The notes: generated by a model from the letters alone, not told the origin. Positions 40,914 through 52,916 are shown, counted from the first letter of the stretch. The stretch: DNA of 64,000 bases from an uncultured Acidobacteriota bacterium (GCA_963843575.1 CAWJKZ010000024.1:224001-288000); one strand, 5' to 3'. Numbers and translations are program-made.

Positions 40914-43900
40914 TCACGGGCCGACCACGCGTCCTTCCACCACCGGAGCCACAGGCGAATTGGCGGTGATGTAGTCGACGACCACCTGCAGCAGATCCTC
41001 ACCCGGCACCTGGACGTTCGTGCCCTGAGTGAACACCGTGTACCCGTCACCCCCGCCGTACATGAAATCGTTGGTGACGAACCTCACGGTATCCGTCGGG
41101 CCGATAGGCGTCAGCGTCCCGCCCAAGCCGTCAGGGGCCTTCCACATGCCCGTCACGACCGGAGTCGTGCCGCTGCATGCAAAGGTGACCTTGAGGCCGG
41201 AGACCTGCGGGAAGCGTCCGGTGGCGATGGCTGGGTTGCAGAACGGTGAAAAGCCGTTCAGCAAGGATTGTTCCAGCTGCGGCGCCCGTCAACGTCTCGA
41301 TGACGGTGCTGTTGCCGAACGGCAGAACCGCGAACACCTCGCCCCAGGTGATCTCGCACGGCTGCTCGCCGGCGCTGGGCGGAGCGCAGAGAATATCGGC
41401 GCGCAGACCACCGGAGTTGGTGATCGCGGCCTCGACGCCGGGGTATTTAAGGCGCATAGCATCGGCCACCAGGTTGCCCATAGCCGACTCGAACAGGCGG
41501 GTGGGAGCGCGCCGAATGTCGAATGCCTGTGTGCCGATCACCGCATTGCGCAACACGGCGGTCTGGGCGTTGGCGTCGTCGACGATGGCCTTGACGTCCG
41601 ATCGTTCGGCCACTCCCAGGTTCTTGGCGACGCGCGTCGCTGCGCCCGCCCACTCGACGTCCTGGCCTTGGACGATCATCTGGACCACCGAGTAGCTGGC
41701 CCCGGCATTCAAGCCTTCGGCGACCAGGATGTGGCCGACCATCAGGTTCGAGATCCGATGGGTGTGGCCGGCGAGGATGACGTCCACGGTGGTGTCCTGA
41801 ATGGCCTGGGCGATCGCTATGATCGGGCCGCTCCACGGAACGGGCGGATTGCCGTCCACGGCGTTCTCGCCGGCGACCGTGCCCTCGTGGATCAGGACGA
41901 TCTGAATCTGGATCCCCTGCGCGAGGAGTTTCGCGGACTCGACTCTGATGGTCTCGGCTTCGCCGAGGAACGCGAGGCCGGCCGTGGCCCCCGCGGCGAC
42001 GAGTTCGGGCGTGGACTTGAGCGCGATGCCGATGACGCCGATCCGCCGGCCGCCGTAGCTGAAGACATGGGTGCCCTGCACCCAGTCCGGGTTCCGGAGC
42101 GTCGCTTCGTCCACGACGTTGGCGCCGAGGAAGGGGAAGTTGGCCAGGGCCTGATGCTGCAATAGCCGCGCGACGCCGTAGTCGAACTCGTGGTGGCCGT
42201 ACGCAGTGGCATCCAGGCCCCAGGCGTTCTCGACCTGAATGGCGGGCCGGTCGTCCAGCAGGCTGGAGTTCGGCGGCGACGCGCCGACGTTGTCGCCGGA
42301 GGAGAACAGGAACGGTGTCCCGGGCAGTTGAGCCGCTTCCTCGTCGAACATCGTCGCCAGTCGCGCCGCGCCTCCGGCCGTCACGCTTCTGCCGTCCAGG
42401 GTGATCTGCGTCGGGTCAAGCTGGCCGTGGTAGTCGGTCACTCCGATGGCGGACACGAGGGTCCGGGCTGCGCCGCCGCGCAGGAGGTCCAGGCGCACCA
42501 GGCCCTGCGAGTGCTGCGGTTCGGGAATGCCCATCAGGTAGGCGATCGTCGGCGCCAGGTCGATCGCCCGCAGCCCCGTGGCGACCACGTTGGGCCGGAT
42601 GGAGCCGCCGCCGCCGACAAAGGCGGCGCGCATGTTGACGCCGGCGGGCAGGTTCTGCACGTCCGGGAGGTAGCCGTCCGAGCCGAAGAAGGCCGAGCGG
42701 GCGACCAGTGTACCGGGTGTGGCGGCGTCGAACTGATAGGGCGGATACGCGAAGACCACCAGATCCCCGGTGCGGGTCGGGTGCGCCATGTCCGCGCTGC
42801 CGCTCCCGCCGTTGGGGATGTAGCGCGCCTCGGCCTTGGTGTAGGCGCGGTCGATCACCTTCCAGCCCTCGGGCTGGCCGTCGCCGGTCCAGTCGTTCGG
42901 ATCGCTGAGCGCCAGGAAGGCGGTTTTGATCGCAGCCACGGTGGCAGCTTCCTGATTTGCGGGGACTTGCTGAAGACCGCCTCCCGCCGGGTCGCGCCCG
43001 GCCAGATTCAGGTAGATTTGCAGCGTGCCGCCGGCCCAGCACGCCTTGGCCTTGCCGATCGTTTCGCCGGTGGCGGGCCGGCAGTTCGCGGTCTGCGGTT
43101 TGGAGAGCAGACCCAGGTCCACCAGGACTTTGCTGGCGTCGACGGCCAGGAACTGCGGTGCGACGCCGTGCCCGGACGACACGAAAGTGCTCGCCTTGCC
43201 CGGCATGAGCGACTGGACGAGTGCCAGGGTGGCGTCGGCACCCTGATAGGCGCGCTGCACGAAAGCCGTGCGCTGCGCGACACGCCCGTCGGGAGTGCCG
43301 TTGACCTGCACGTCGTCGTAGGCCGGATTCGTGCTCGCCGCCCGGGAGGGTGGGCGTGATCAGACCAAGGAACTGCTTTTGAAACTCATCCGTCGGGGGA
43401 TAGCCGATCAGTGCCAGGTCAGGTTGGTATTTGGTCAGGATGTACCTGATGAGCGGGTGGTAGCCGGTCTCCCAGTACAAGCCCTGCTCGACGTAGGTTT
43501 CCTCGCTGACGATGCCCGCCTCGACGACGGCGAAGTCGGCCTCCATCGACGTGGGGAACTTCTGGGCCACGTATTCGGCGAAATCGCCCGTGAAGCCGGC
43601 CTCGGACCAGCCGGCCCAGCCGGCGTTCGCCCGGGTGACGGAGGTGTGGTACAGGCGCACCCGCGACAGATCTGCGGCGAGTTCCTCGACTTTCACGAGC
43701 ATGCCGGCGGTCAGGCCGTTCAGCGCACCGCCCGCGATCTTGACTTTGACGTCTCCCCAGCTGCCGCGTCCCAGCGTGGCTACCCCGTCCGCCCCATCCT
43801 TGGTCGGCGAGAACAATATGCGGTCGTAGTTGACGGTCAGGTCGTTGGTCGAGTCGAAAATGTACGCGTTCAGGCCGTACTTGTCGGCGCCGAAGTCGAG

Positions 43901-44614
43901 GACACGCAAACGCATTTCCTTGGCCGGACTATACGACGGCGGGACATTCGTCCAGCCGGCAGCGTCGGCCGGGGCGGCGCCCGGGAAAGCCGGCTGCCCG
44001 GCGAACCCGGCCGGGTGATCGAACTGCAGGCCGAACGAGGCCACAAAGTTCGCATTGTCGGTGGGCCCGATATAATTGGTCGCGACGCCCCTGCCGGATA
44101 GGAAAGTGCGAAAGTCGACGGTCGGGCCGTCGATGACGGCGAAACGGCCGCCGGCCCATTCGATCTGCGCGACCTTCCTCCCCCCGCGCTCGGCGGCCTG
44201 CGCGAGGGTCTCCGCCTGCAACACGCCGGGGTCAAAAGCGGCAGTGCGGTTGCCGAAAGGCGCGCCGTTGATGGCAAAGGTGTTGTTGGTCGAGCCGTGC
44301 ACCCCCGACCACGCTCCGGTTGCGAGGCTGTACCATCCGGCGCCGATGTTGGCCGGGGCCTGGGTGAGCAGGCCGCCGCCGGCGGCCTTGGCGCCCGAGC
44401 GCAGCAACCGGGCGACGGCAGGCATCCGCCCCTGGCCGGCGTATGTTTCGGCCAGGTCCTGGCGCATGCCGTCGGCAACGAAGAAGATCACCGCTTCCCT
44501 GCTGGCGGCCAATCGAGCGGGTGACGTCTCGGCAGCGGGTGTGGCCGATGCACCCGTTAACAGCACAAGCGAAACCACGAGCAAGGTGAACGTATGCGTC
44601 CCTGGTTTGAGCAT
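40914..44614 (-). CDS. Secreted fusion: alkaline phosphatase/NPP-superfamily domain plus 5'-nucleotidase (frameshifts near 43335 and 41280)
   Basis: AAGGAGA RBS, signal peptide, FFVADGMR; DYHGQL, SGDNVG, HEFDYG, AGHTH, NSGGLRA, LPFGN, QVSGL, GGDGY. Confidence 0.85.
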
Positions 44615-45127
44615 GCCAAATCTCCTTGTGAACAGTGGCAGCGACGAGGTTGTCGGCGACAAAACCCGGCCCGTTCCGTACAATCACATTGGGAAATTCA
44701 ACCCACAGCCTAGGGTCCGCAAAGCCGCGCAACCCTCCCCACCCGAATTGTGCAAAATTCTGGCACGAGGTCCGCTTCCGGTCAAATAAAACTAATATCC
44801 AATTCAGGGGAGGCGGGAGCGGACCGGAGTGCGGATGGAAGAAACGGTCTGTCGGACGGACGGAGGAGGGAATCGGCGTGGCTATCCGGCGCCGAAACCA
44901 TGACGGTGCGTGCTGTCATCCCACGAAATCCGGCGGGTGGCGAAGAATCGGGCGGTGGCGTGGGGTTCCGGATCCGCGGCGGGGATGTGGAGAAAATCGC
45001 GGTTCCCTTGATTTTCAAACCGGTTGGGCGGAGGTGCGGCGCGCGGGGCACTTGTGGACGGGGGATTGCCCCTCCTCCCGGGTGTGGAGGGATACACGGC
45101 GCGGCCGAAGCCGCACACTTCCCGCGC

Positions 45128-45178
45128 GGCGGCGCCGAGGCGCCGCCGGGGAAAGCGGCGTCGAGCCGCCGCACTCCA
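45128..45178. repeat. REP family B unit(s)
   Basis: GGCGGCGCCGAGGCGCCGCC...AAAGCGGCGTCGAGCCGCCGCACTCCA, as at 21938-21986. Confidence 0.85.
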
Positions 45179-45190
45179 TACGGAGTCGCT

Positions 45191-45880
45191 ATGGATGCCA
45201 ACGTCGCCCAACCTCACGTCCGGGAGCAGCGCAGCTTCCTGGCCGCCGGCGAAAAACGGCTGCTCATCTGGCTGGCTGCACGAATGCCCCGGTCCGTCAA
45301 TTCCGACCACCTGACCCTGCTCGGGTTTTCCGGGGTCGTCCTGTCGGGCGCCGCGTTTTGCGCGGCCGCGTACCACCCGCGGGCGCTTCTGCTCGTCGTC
45401 GCGGGGCTCGCACTGAACTGGTTCGGCGATAGCCTCGACGGGACGCTCGCCCGGGTGCGCAACGCCCAGCGGCCTCGCTACGGCTACTACACCGACCACG
45501 TGCTCGACCTCATCGGGACGGCGGCGCTCCTGGGCGGGATGGCGCTGTCGGGCTATATGAGCCCGTTGATCGGCTCCGCGCTCCTGGCCGCCTACGTCAT
45601 GGTCATGGCGGAAGTCTTTCTCTCGACCCACGTCCTGAGGGTCTTCCGCATGTCGTTCCTGAAGGTCGGCCCCACGGAGCTGCGCATCGTGCTGGCCGCC
45701 GGTACGCTGGTTCTGTTCTACCGGCCCGTCGTCCTGCTGCCGTGGTTCGGTCCCGTTCTGCTTTTCGACGTCGGCGGCGTGGTGTCGATCGCCGCCCTGG
45801 CGGCAACCCTCGCGGTTTCGGCCGCGCGCAACATCCGCACGCTCTACCGGGAGGAGTCTCTACCGTGCGTGAGACCATGA
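45191..45880 (+). CDS. CDP-alcohol phosphatidyltransferase family protein
   Basis: DSLDGTLAR...GYYTDHVLD signature. Confidence 0.9.
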   Translation: MDANVAQPHVREQRSFLAAGEKRLLIWLAARMPRSVNSDHLTLLGFSGVVLSGAAFCAAAYHPRALLLVVAGLALNWFGDSLDGTLARVRNAQRPRYGYYTDHVLDLIGTAALLGGMALSGYMSPLIGSALLAAYVMVMAEVFLSTHVLRVFRMSFLKVGPTELRIVLAAGTLVLFYRPVVLLPWFGPVLLFDVGGVVSIAALAATLAVSAARNIRTLYREESLPCVRP

Positions 45881-46323
45881 ACGCCCGGTCCGCCGTCGTC
45901 CGCCGCTGGCTGAGGTTCAATGCCGTCAGTGCGCTGGGAGTCCTGGTTCAGCTCGCCGCCTTGGTGCTGTTCACGCGCCTGTTGGGATGGAACTACCTGA
46001 TCGCCACGGCTGCCGCAGTGGAGACCGCCGTGGTGCACAATTTTGTCTGGCACCAGCGCTGGACGTGGGCCGGGCGGTCCTCTCCGGGCGCCGCCGCGAT
46101 CGGCGCCCGGCTGGCCCGCTTCCACCTGGCCAATGGCGCGCTCTCCTGCGTCGGAAACCTGCTGCTGATGCGGCTCTTCGTGGGCGTGTGCGGCATGGAC
46201 CTGATTGCGGCCAACCTGGCGGCGATCACCGTCTGCTCCGTCACGAACTTCCTCGCCGCCGAGCACGTCGTCTTTACACGGCCGCGGCGCGCCCCCGGAC
46301 CGAGGAGAGCATACGAAGTGTGA
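45877..46323 (+). CDS. GtrA-family flippase-like protein
   Basis: Four TM helices; RWLRFNAV, HNFVWHQRWTW, NFLAAEHVVF. Confidence 0.85.
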   Translation: MNARSAVVRRWLRFNAVSALGVLVQLAALVLFTRLLGWNYLIATAAAVETAVVHNFVWHQRWTWAGRSSPGAAAIGARLARFHLANGALSCVGNLLLMRLFVGVCGMDLIAANLAAITVCSVTNFLAAEHVVFTRPRRAPGPRRAYEV

Positions 46324-46348
46324 TTCCACTCCTCGGGCTCCCCCGCGG

Positions 46349-47008
46349 TCACGCCGCGGCGGCCACGGCCCGGCGCTTCAGTACGGCGGCCGTGATGATG
46401 CCAAAGAGGCCGCAGAAAATCACGGTCCACGGCACCCAGAGGGAGAGCTGGGGCAGCAGACCAAGCAGGACGAACCTGGAGCCCTCGACGGTGATCCCGG
46501 GCGGAACGGCGTCGTAGTGCGTGCCCCAGTTCCCCCGCAGCGCCAGGTAATACACGACAATCACGGGTAGCCGCGCGACGAGCGCGTACGCGAGCATCGC
46601 ATTCCAATAGGCGGGCCAGGCCGGACGCATGATGAAGAGAGCCACTACGCTGCAGAGGCCTCCCAGGGCCCCCGGGATCGAAAGCCGCAAAACGTTGCCC
46701 CCGCCGCCGAGAAACGGCAGGAAACCGCCCGCAATGAAAACGACCAGTGCCAGCAACGTCAGGCCGACCGCTTTGCCGGTGCTCTGAAGCCCCTGCCCGG
46801 CCCTCTGCAGCTTCACCGCAAAGTAGATGGCGAAGACGAAGGCGAGCCAGGCGATGCCAACGAGGGCCCCACCGCCGCCGGCGGAGCGTGAAAACAGGGC
46901 CGAGGGCCACCGCTCCAGTTCGCCGACGAGCCTGAGGACAGTCACCCCCAACGTGACGAGACCCGGAACGAGCACCATCTGTCCGACGCTGATCCTTTCA
47001 GATTCCAT
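46349..47008 (-). CDS. Integral membrane protein of unknown function
   Basis: Several TM segments, WGTHYD motif, GGGG before ATG 47008. Confidence 0.7.
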   Translation of the reverse strand: MESERISVGQMVLVPGLVTLGVTVLRLVGELERWPSALFSRSAGGGGALVGIAWLAFVFAIYFAVKLQRAGQGLQSTGKAVGLTLLALVVFIAGGFLPFLGGGGNVLRLSIPGALGGLCSVVALFIMRPAWPAYWNAMLAYALVARLPVIVVYYLALRGNWGTHYDAVPPGITVEGSRFVLLGLLPQLSLWVPWTVIFCGLFGIITAAVLKRRAVAAAA

Positions 47009-47081
47009 ACCCCCCACCTTTCCCAAGCGGCTGCATTCTCCCATAAATACACTCCGCACCAGTCGGGCAACCGGCGTGACA

Positions 47082-47170
47082 AAGTGCGTCCGGGCTTCAG
47101 CCCGGAGGCTGTTTACGGTCGCTATAGAGCACAGATCAAAAGACGTCCGGGCTGAAGCCCGGACCCACTT
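47082..47170. repeat. REP family A inverted pair
   Basis: Degenerate left unit, consensus right unit; spacer related to 3471-3524. Confidence 0.9.
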
Positions 47171-47322
47171 GAACGCACGCGAGATTCCCGTGGCGGTGAG
47201 GGAGACACGCCGCTGCCGTCGGGCCGGGGCGCGGGCTGGTGCGTCGAAGGCCTCGCGGACCCCAAGGCTGCGCAACCAACGGCCAGCGGGTGGAGGAGGT
47301 CTGTGGTAAGCTCCGGGCGACC

Positions 47323-48228
47323 ATGACGAACTCGCAACCTTCGACGATGACCGGGTTGAGACAGCGGCTGCGGTGCCCGGTCTGCCGTATGGGCCTGTCG
47401 TGGGGCGGGGCAGGCGAGCGCATCGACTGCTCGTGCGGCGCAACCTATCCGGTCCTCCCCGGCGGGGTGCCGGTGCTGCTCGTGCCGGAGCGGCGCGCGC
47501 AGTTCGACGCGCTCCTGACGGCCGATCAGGGCGGACGCCGGATGGCGGCCGAGTACCGCCGGCACGGGAGCTGGCAGGCCCGCGTGCGAGGTTGGCTGCG
47601 GCCCCCTTCGATCGTCTACGACGCGGACACGCCGCGCCGCTTTTCCTGGATCTACGACACGCACGGGCCCAACACGGTCATCCTCAGCATCGGCGGCGGC
47701 CCCGGGCGCGAGAATCCGCGGGCCGTAAATCTCAACGTGGACGCCTTCGACTCCGTCGACATCGTGGGCGACGGGGCCAACCTGCCGCTAGCGGACGGCT
47801 CCGTCGACACCGTCACCTGCAACGCCGTCATAGAACACGTCCCCAACCCCAACACCGTCGTCGCCGAGATGCACCGCGTGCTGAAGCCGGGCGGCTACGC
47901 ACAGCTTATGGTCCCGTTCGTCTTCCCCCATCATGCCTACCCCGCGGACTATCAACGCTACAGCCGTTCCGGCATCCTCGAGCTGACAAAGGCATTCGAG
48001 CCGGTCGAGCTGTCGGTCCTCACCGGACCGACGTCGACCATGCTGGTCCTGTTCAGGGAATATCTGCGCATCCTGGTTCCCGGCGGCAACCGGCCGGCCG
48101 CCCGCCTCCTGCTCAACGGCCTGTCGGGGTGGTTGACCTTCCCGATCAAGTACCTGGACATCTTGCTTAACCGCAAGCCGGACGCGGCCATCATGGCCGC
48201 GGCGTTTTACTACCTGGGGCGCAAGTGA
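47323..48228 (+). CDS. SAM methyltransferase type 11 with Trm112-like N-terminus
   Basis: LRCPVC...CSCGATYP, SIGGG, AVIEH, HAYPADYQR. Confidence 0.85.
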   Translation: MTNSQPSTMTGLRQRLRCPVCRMGLSWGGAGERIDCSCGATYPVLPGGVPVLLVPERRAQFDALLTADQGGRRMAAEYRRHGSWQARVRGWLRPPSIVYDADTPRRFSWIYDTHGPNTVILSIGGGPGRENPRAVNLNVDAFDSVDIVGDGANLPLADGSVDTVTCNAVIEHVPNPNTVVAEMHRVLKPGGYAQLMVPFVFPHHAYPADYQRYSRSGILELTKAFEPVELSVLTGPTSTMLVLFREYLRILVPGGNRPAARLLLNGLSGWLTFPIKYLDILLNRKPDAAIMAAAFYYLGRK

Positions 48229-48250
48229 CGTGAGGAGCCACGCCAGCCTG

Positions 48251-48274
48251 GCGGCGCCGAGCCGCCGCACTCCA
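48251..48274. repeat. REP family B unit
   Basis: GCGGCGCCGAGCCGCCGCACTCCA. Confidence 0.7.
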
Positions 48275-48334
48275 TAGATCTCATGATGCGGTCGATGCGG
48301 TCGATATGGTGGGGGACGGTTCGGAGTTCCTTCA

Positions 48335-50779
48335 GTGGATGAACTATTCCCGGATACTGCGGTCAACACCAGACGCCGCCTCTGGCGCGATCCCGACTTC
48401 TGGGCGCCCATCGCCCTGGTGGCGGTAGGCATCCTGTTCTTCTACGATTTCCTGTTCAGCTCGAAGAACTTCTATTTCCGGGACATTCTCAATTTCCATT
48501 ACCCATTGCGAAAGCTGCTGATCGATTCCTACGCACGGGGGGAATTCCCGCTCTGGAATCCCTTCATCTACCTGGGCCAGCCTATGCTGGCCAACCCGAA
48601 CTACCTGGCGTTCTACCCGACGAACCTGCTCCACCTCTTCCTGCCGTTCAACTACGCGTTCAAGCTCCATTTCGTCCTGCATCCCATTGCGGCCGGCCTC
48701 GGGATCTACTTTCTCCAGCGCCGGATCGGCTTGCCGCCGCTGCCGGCGTTCGGCGGCTCGCTTGCCTATCAGTTCTCCGGGATCGCGTTGTCCTTCCTCA
48801 ACCTCTACAACATACTCCCGGCCGTGGCCCTGATGCCCTGGATCGGCTGGGCCTTCGTCGGCGCGCTCCGGGTTCCCGCGCTCCACCGCCGGCTGCTGTT
48901 GGCCCTGCTGCTCGGCCTGCAGGTTTTTGCCTTCGAGCCCCTGATGTTCCAGTGCGTGCTCGGCGCCCTGGCCGGACTGGCGCTGTGGCACATCCTGGAC
49001 GCCGGCGAGCGCAGACAGGCCACGCTCTCGCTCCTGCGGACCTGCGCGGTGTCGGGCTGCTTCGCGGCCGGCATCGCCGCGATCCAGATCTTCCCGACGC
49101 TGGAGTTGCTGCCCCGCTCGGTCCGTGGCGCCGGTTTCGGCTTCCCTGACCTCACGATCTGGTCCATGCACCCGGTGCAGATGTTGAACACGATCGTCCC
49201 CAACCTCTTCGGCAACCTCTACACGATCGGGAACGCGCTCTCCTGGGGAGAGTCCTTTACGCACGGGAGGGAGGCCTACCTCGTCTCGTACTTTCTGGGG
49301 ACCGTGACCGTGGTGTTGGCCTTGCTCGCCCCGTTCTCCCGCCGAAGAAATCTCGTCGTCATACTTGCCGGCACGCTCTGCGCAAGCGTCTTTCTCGCCC
49401 TCGGCAGGTTCAACCCCGCATACGGTTGGCTGTTTGAGCACGTGCCGTTGATGAGGTTGGGCCGCTATCCGTCGAAGTACATGCTGTTGGGGACGCTGGC
49501 GGTTTCCCTACTTGCCGCGGTCGGCCTCGAAGTGCTGGCGGGGTGCTGGAAGGAGGGGCGTCACACGCGCGTGCGCGTCGGCGCCGTAGCGCTTCTGGCG
49601 CTGGTGGCCGCCGCGTTGTTTGGCTCGGCCTGGCTCTTCTGGCGCTCGAACCCCTCGCAGCTCGAGGCGATCCTCCGGGCGCAGGTCGACCCGCAGCTCG
49701 GCGCCGCGAAGGATTACGGAGCCATCGTTTCCCACCTGCTGGATTCCATCCGGACGTCGGGCCTGTTCCTGCTGCTCTCCGGACTCGTGCTGGCCACGGC
49801 CGCCCTGGGCCGCCTGACCTCCGCCGGCCCGCGGGTCATGCTGCTGCTGCTCGCCGCCGAGTTGCTCCCCGCCAACCTGAGCCTCTCGCCCCTGATGTCG
49901 GACGCGGATGTGAGCTTCATCCCCGAGGTGAACCGGTTCATCGCGGACCGCGGGCCGAGGCAGCCGTTCCGGGTGATGTCTCCCGCGACTGTGCGGCCTC
50001 TGCCCAGCATCCAGCTGGTGACCCCCAACCGATCCCTGGCGTGGCTTACGCTCTTTTATCAGATGTCGGGCCAGCCGATGGGAGGCATCGTGAACGGGAT
50101 TCAGTACTCTCTGGACAGCACCGTCGATTACCTGAACACGAGCGAGTCTGATGAGCTGGCGAAGGTTTGTGCGGTGCGCCCGGAGGCGGGGCGGCTCAAC
50201 CTGATGCAACGCCTGAATACGCCGATGATCCTCGCGCTGGGTCCGGTGCACAATCCGGCGTGCGAAACGGTGACCTCATTCGACACACGGAGCAACTACC
50301 CCGTCTACTTGTACTGGCTGTCGCAGACGGCGCCCAGGGCCTATTTTGTCGCGGGGTCCGAAATGGCTCCCTCGCCGAACGAAGCGCTGCGGGCCTTCGT
50401 GCGCCCCGACTTCGATTACGCGGGGAGCGTGATACTCGAGGGGGCCGGTCCGGCCAACCCGTCGCCGCGGCGCGACGCGGGGCAGGTGCGTTTCGAGGCC
50501 TACGAGAACCAACGCATCGCCTTCGAAGTGGACTGCTCGACGGCGGGCCACCTCGTGCTGCTCGATTCCTATTACCCGGGATGGCGGGTTCGCGTGGATG
50601 GGCAGGAGTCGCCGCTGCTGCGGGCGAACTACGCGTTCAGGGCCGTGGCGCTCGGCCCCGGCCGCCACCGGGTGGAGTTCCGCTACCGGCCCGTCTGGTT
50701 CTATGCGGGCCTCGCGGTGAGTTGCGCCTCGCTCGCCGTGTGGCTGTTCCTGCTGCTGCGCCGGCGCCGGCGTTCCTGA
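48335..50779 (+). CDS. YfhO-family GT-C membrane protein
   Basis: FRD loop, PLWNP..YLGQP, FYP; C-terminal DSYYPGW..VDG...RANYAFRAV.L.PG.H.V. Confidence 0.85.
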   Translation: MDELFPDTAVNTRRRLWRDPDFWAPIALVAVGILFFYDFLFSSKNFYFRDILNFHYPLRKLLIDSYARGEFPLWNPFIYLGQPMLANPNYLAFYPTNLLHLFLPFNYAFKLHFVLHPIAAGLGIYFLQRRIGLPPLPAFGGSLAYQFSGIALSFLNLYNILPAVALMPWIGWAFVGALRVPALHRRLLLALLLGLQVFAFEPLMFQCVLGALAGLALWHILDAGERRQATLSLLRTCAVSGCFAAGIAAIQIFPTLELLPRSVRGAGFGFPDLTIWSMHPVQMLNTIVPNLFGNLYTIGNALSWGESFTHGREAYLVSYFLGTVTVVLALLAPFSRRRNLVVILAGTLCASVFLALGRFNPAYGWLFEHVPLMRLGRYPSKYMLLGTLAVSLLAAVGLEVLAGCWKEGRHTRVRVGAVALLALVAAALFGSAWLFWRSNPSQLEAILRAQVDPQLGAAKDYGAIVSHLLDSIRTSGLFLLLSGLVLATAALGRLTSAGPRVMLLLLAAELLPANLSLSPLMSDADVSFIPEVNRFIADRGPRQPFRVMSPATVRPLPSIQLVTPNRSLAWLTLFYQMSGQPMGGIVNGIQYSLDSTVDYLNTSESDELAKVCAVRPEAGRLNLMQRLNTPMILALGPVHNPACETVTSFDTRSNYPVYLYWLSQTAPRAYFVAGSEMAPSPNEALRAFVRPDFDYAGSVILEGAGPANPSPRRDAGQVRFEAYENQRIAFEVDCSTAGHLVLLDSYYPGWRVRVDGQESPLLRANYAFRAVALGPGRHRVEFRYRPVWFYAGLAVSCASLAVWLFLLLRRRRRS

Positions 50780-50825
50780 GTACACGGGCTGCCTTGGGCA
50801 CACAGGACTTTCCGGGCCCCACCGG

Positions 50826-50901
50826 AGGTCGATCCGTGGGGATCCGCGCGCATCAGCGTCCTGACAAGTACGTTGGCGTATTTGTGAGCATCAATACTGA
50901 G
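50826..50901. repeat. Repeat family C copy between convergent genes
   Basis: Reverse complement of 40749-40824 with 7 mismatches; abuts the stop codon at 50902. Confidence 0.85.
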
Positions 50902-52898
50902 TCACAGCAGCAGGAGCGCCGCCAGCCCGGCCGCTGCCAACCCCAACCCCGCGTATTCCTGCCACGGCCGCCTGTATTCCAGCACGGCGTCCCCGTGCCC
51001 GCAGACCACGATGAGGTTGGGCGAAGCGCGGTAAACAGCGGATTCGCGGCCGTCGACAGTCAGATGCCACGCCGGAAAGTACCCCACCTTGACCAGCACG
51101 GGAATGTCCTGCTGCGCGTTGATGCGCAAAACGAGCCGGTCCATCCTCGCAGAGGCGGCGATCAACTCTACGCTCTCGCCGGCGCGCGCGGGCCGCGCCC
51201 CCGGGGGAAGCGGCCGGTCCGTGAAAACGGGCAAGCCGGAAGCCTGCACAAACCACTTCCGTGCCGCGGCCTCCCAGCCCGTCTCCACGAGACCGGGCAG
51301 GTAGGCCAGCGGTTCCGCGAGCGCCGAATCTCCCGTGCCGTACAGGTAGAACTCCGCACGACGGTCCCGGATGTTGTACCTGGCGCGCAGGCTCTCCAGC
51401 GCGACGGGGTCGGCGGGGAGGTCGATCGGATAGCTCGTGATGTAACGCTTGCGCCCTGCCAGGTCTGGATCGAGGATCCTCTCCAGCCTCAGGTCCGTGA
51501 ATACGTGGCGTATGTCGAACAGCCGCAGCCGCTCCCTGATGTAGTCCGCCGCGGCGAGACCGCCCGGTTGCACTCCAGACGCCGCGCCAGGCGCCCCGGA
51601 TACTTGCGCCGCCGGTTCCAGTGCCCTTGACAGTTCGGCGAGAAACCAACCGTTCGGACTCGATTGGATGAAGAGTCCCATCACCGAGAGATTGCGCGTC
51701 CGGAGCGGGATCAGTTCGTGCTGCACGCGGGGCGAAGGCACGTGCCCCGGGTGCGCGACGGAGAGGATCCGTCCCTCGACCCTCCCGAAGTCGGGCAGCG
51801 GGAAATCTGGCACCCCTATCCGGTCGAACCGGCCCTGGCGATATCCCTGACAGCCGACAAGGACCGCCAGGCCCGCGATCCCCAGCAGGAGAGACCTGGA
51901 GCGAACCCGCACGACGACGAGCACCGGGATCATCAGGAGCAGGTATATGGTCAGGCGCGTGAACTCGAGGTTCAACTGCCAGAACTCTCCAGCCATGACG
52001 AAGTTGAGCAGCAGGATGTAAAACAGGCCCAGCGGGCGCAAGGCGCCATCGAAGATCGAGGCGAAGGCCGGCAGCAAGCCCAGGAATAGAATTGCGATTA
52101 TGGCTGGGGACCACAGCGGCGGGGTATACCCGCCCGCCATAAAGGCCCTGTGGCTGACAAACGGAAAAACCCAGGCGCTGCCGATGAGTCCTCCCACCCC
52201 GACGCTCAGTGCGGGCGTCTTCCAGTCCATCCGCCTGAGCGTGCAGAGCTGCCAGACCCGGCCGAGAAGGTCAGCGGCGACAAACATCAGCGCCACCAGC
52301 GACGAGAGCGGGTGCAGCAACAGCAGGGCCCCAAGCAGGAGCGCGGGCAATTTCCAGCCGTTGCCCTGGTGCTCCCTGCCGAAGTTCGCCATGAAGGCGA
52401 ACAAGAATGGCAGGCTGACCGTGTTGGCCACGAGGCCCACGCCGAGGATAGACCTCAGGTCCGACCCGAAGTTCCAGGTGCCGAGCATCCCGCCGTTCAG
52501 AAACAGCGCCGCGGTCATCGCGGCGGCGCACACCACGGACGCGAAGCCGTCCATGCCCCACCGGCGGGCGAAGGCGTAAAAGGCCGCGGGCAGCAGCGTC
52601 AGGCTCAGGAGCACCAGCAGCTTTATCGCCGGGCCGATCCCGACGGGGAAACTCAGCAGGGCCGCGAGGTAGTGGGTGAGCGGGGGATAGAAGGCGCCTT
52701 GAGGATAGCCGCAGAAGAAAAACGGATTCCATCCAGTCGCCCAGGGGAACAGGTATTCGCGGACGTACCAGGCTGCGGTGTAATGGCCAGGGAAGTCCCA
52801 CTCGAGCAGGTTGCTCGGGAAAGGTACCGGGCCGCGGTCCCTGCCAGGGCTGAGGCCTGCAGAATAAGGAAGCCGAAGATGAACTTGCGCCCGGTCAT
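50902..52898 (-). CDS. GT-C fold membrane protein (PTPS-related/YfhO-like); frameshift near 52820
   Basis: WDFPGH...GWNPFFFCGYP..FYPP N-terminal motif, many TM helices, C-terminal VKVGYFPAW...YRASPN. Confidence 0.75.
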
Positions 52899-52916
52899 GA
52901 GCTGAGGGGTAAATTG

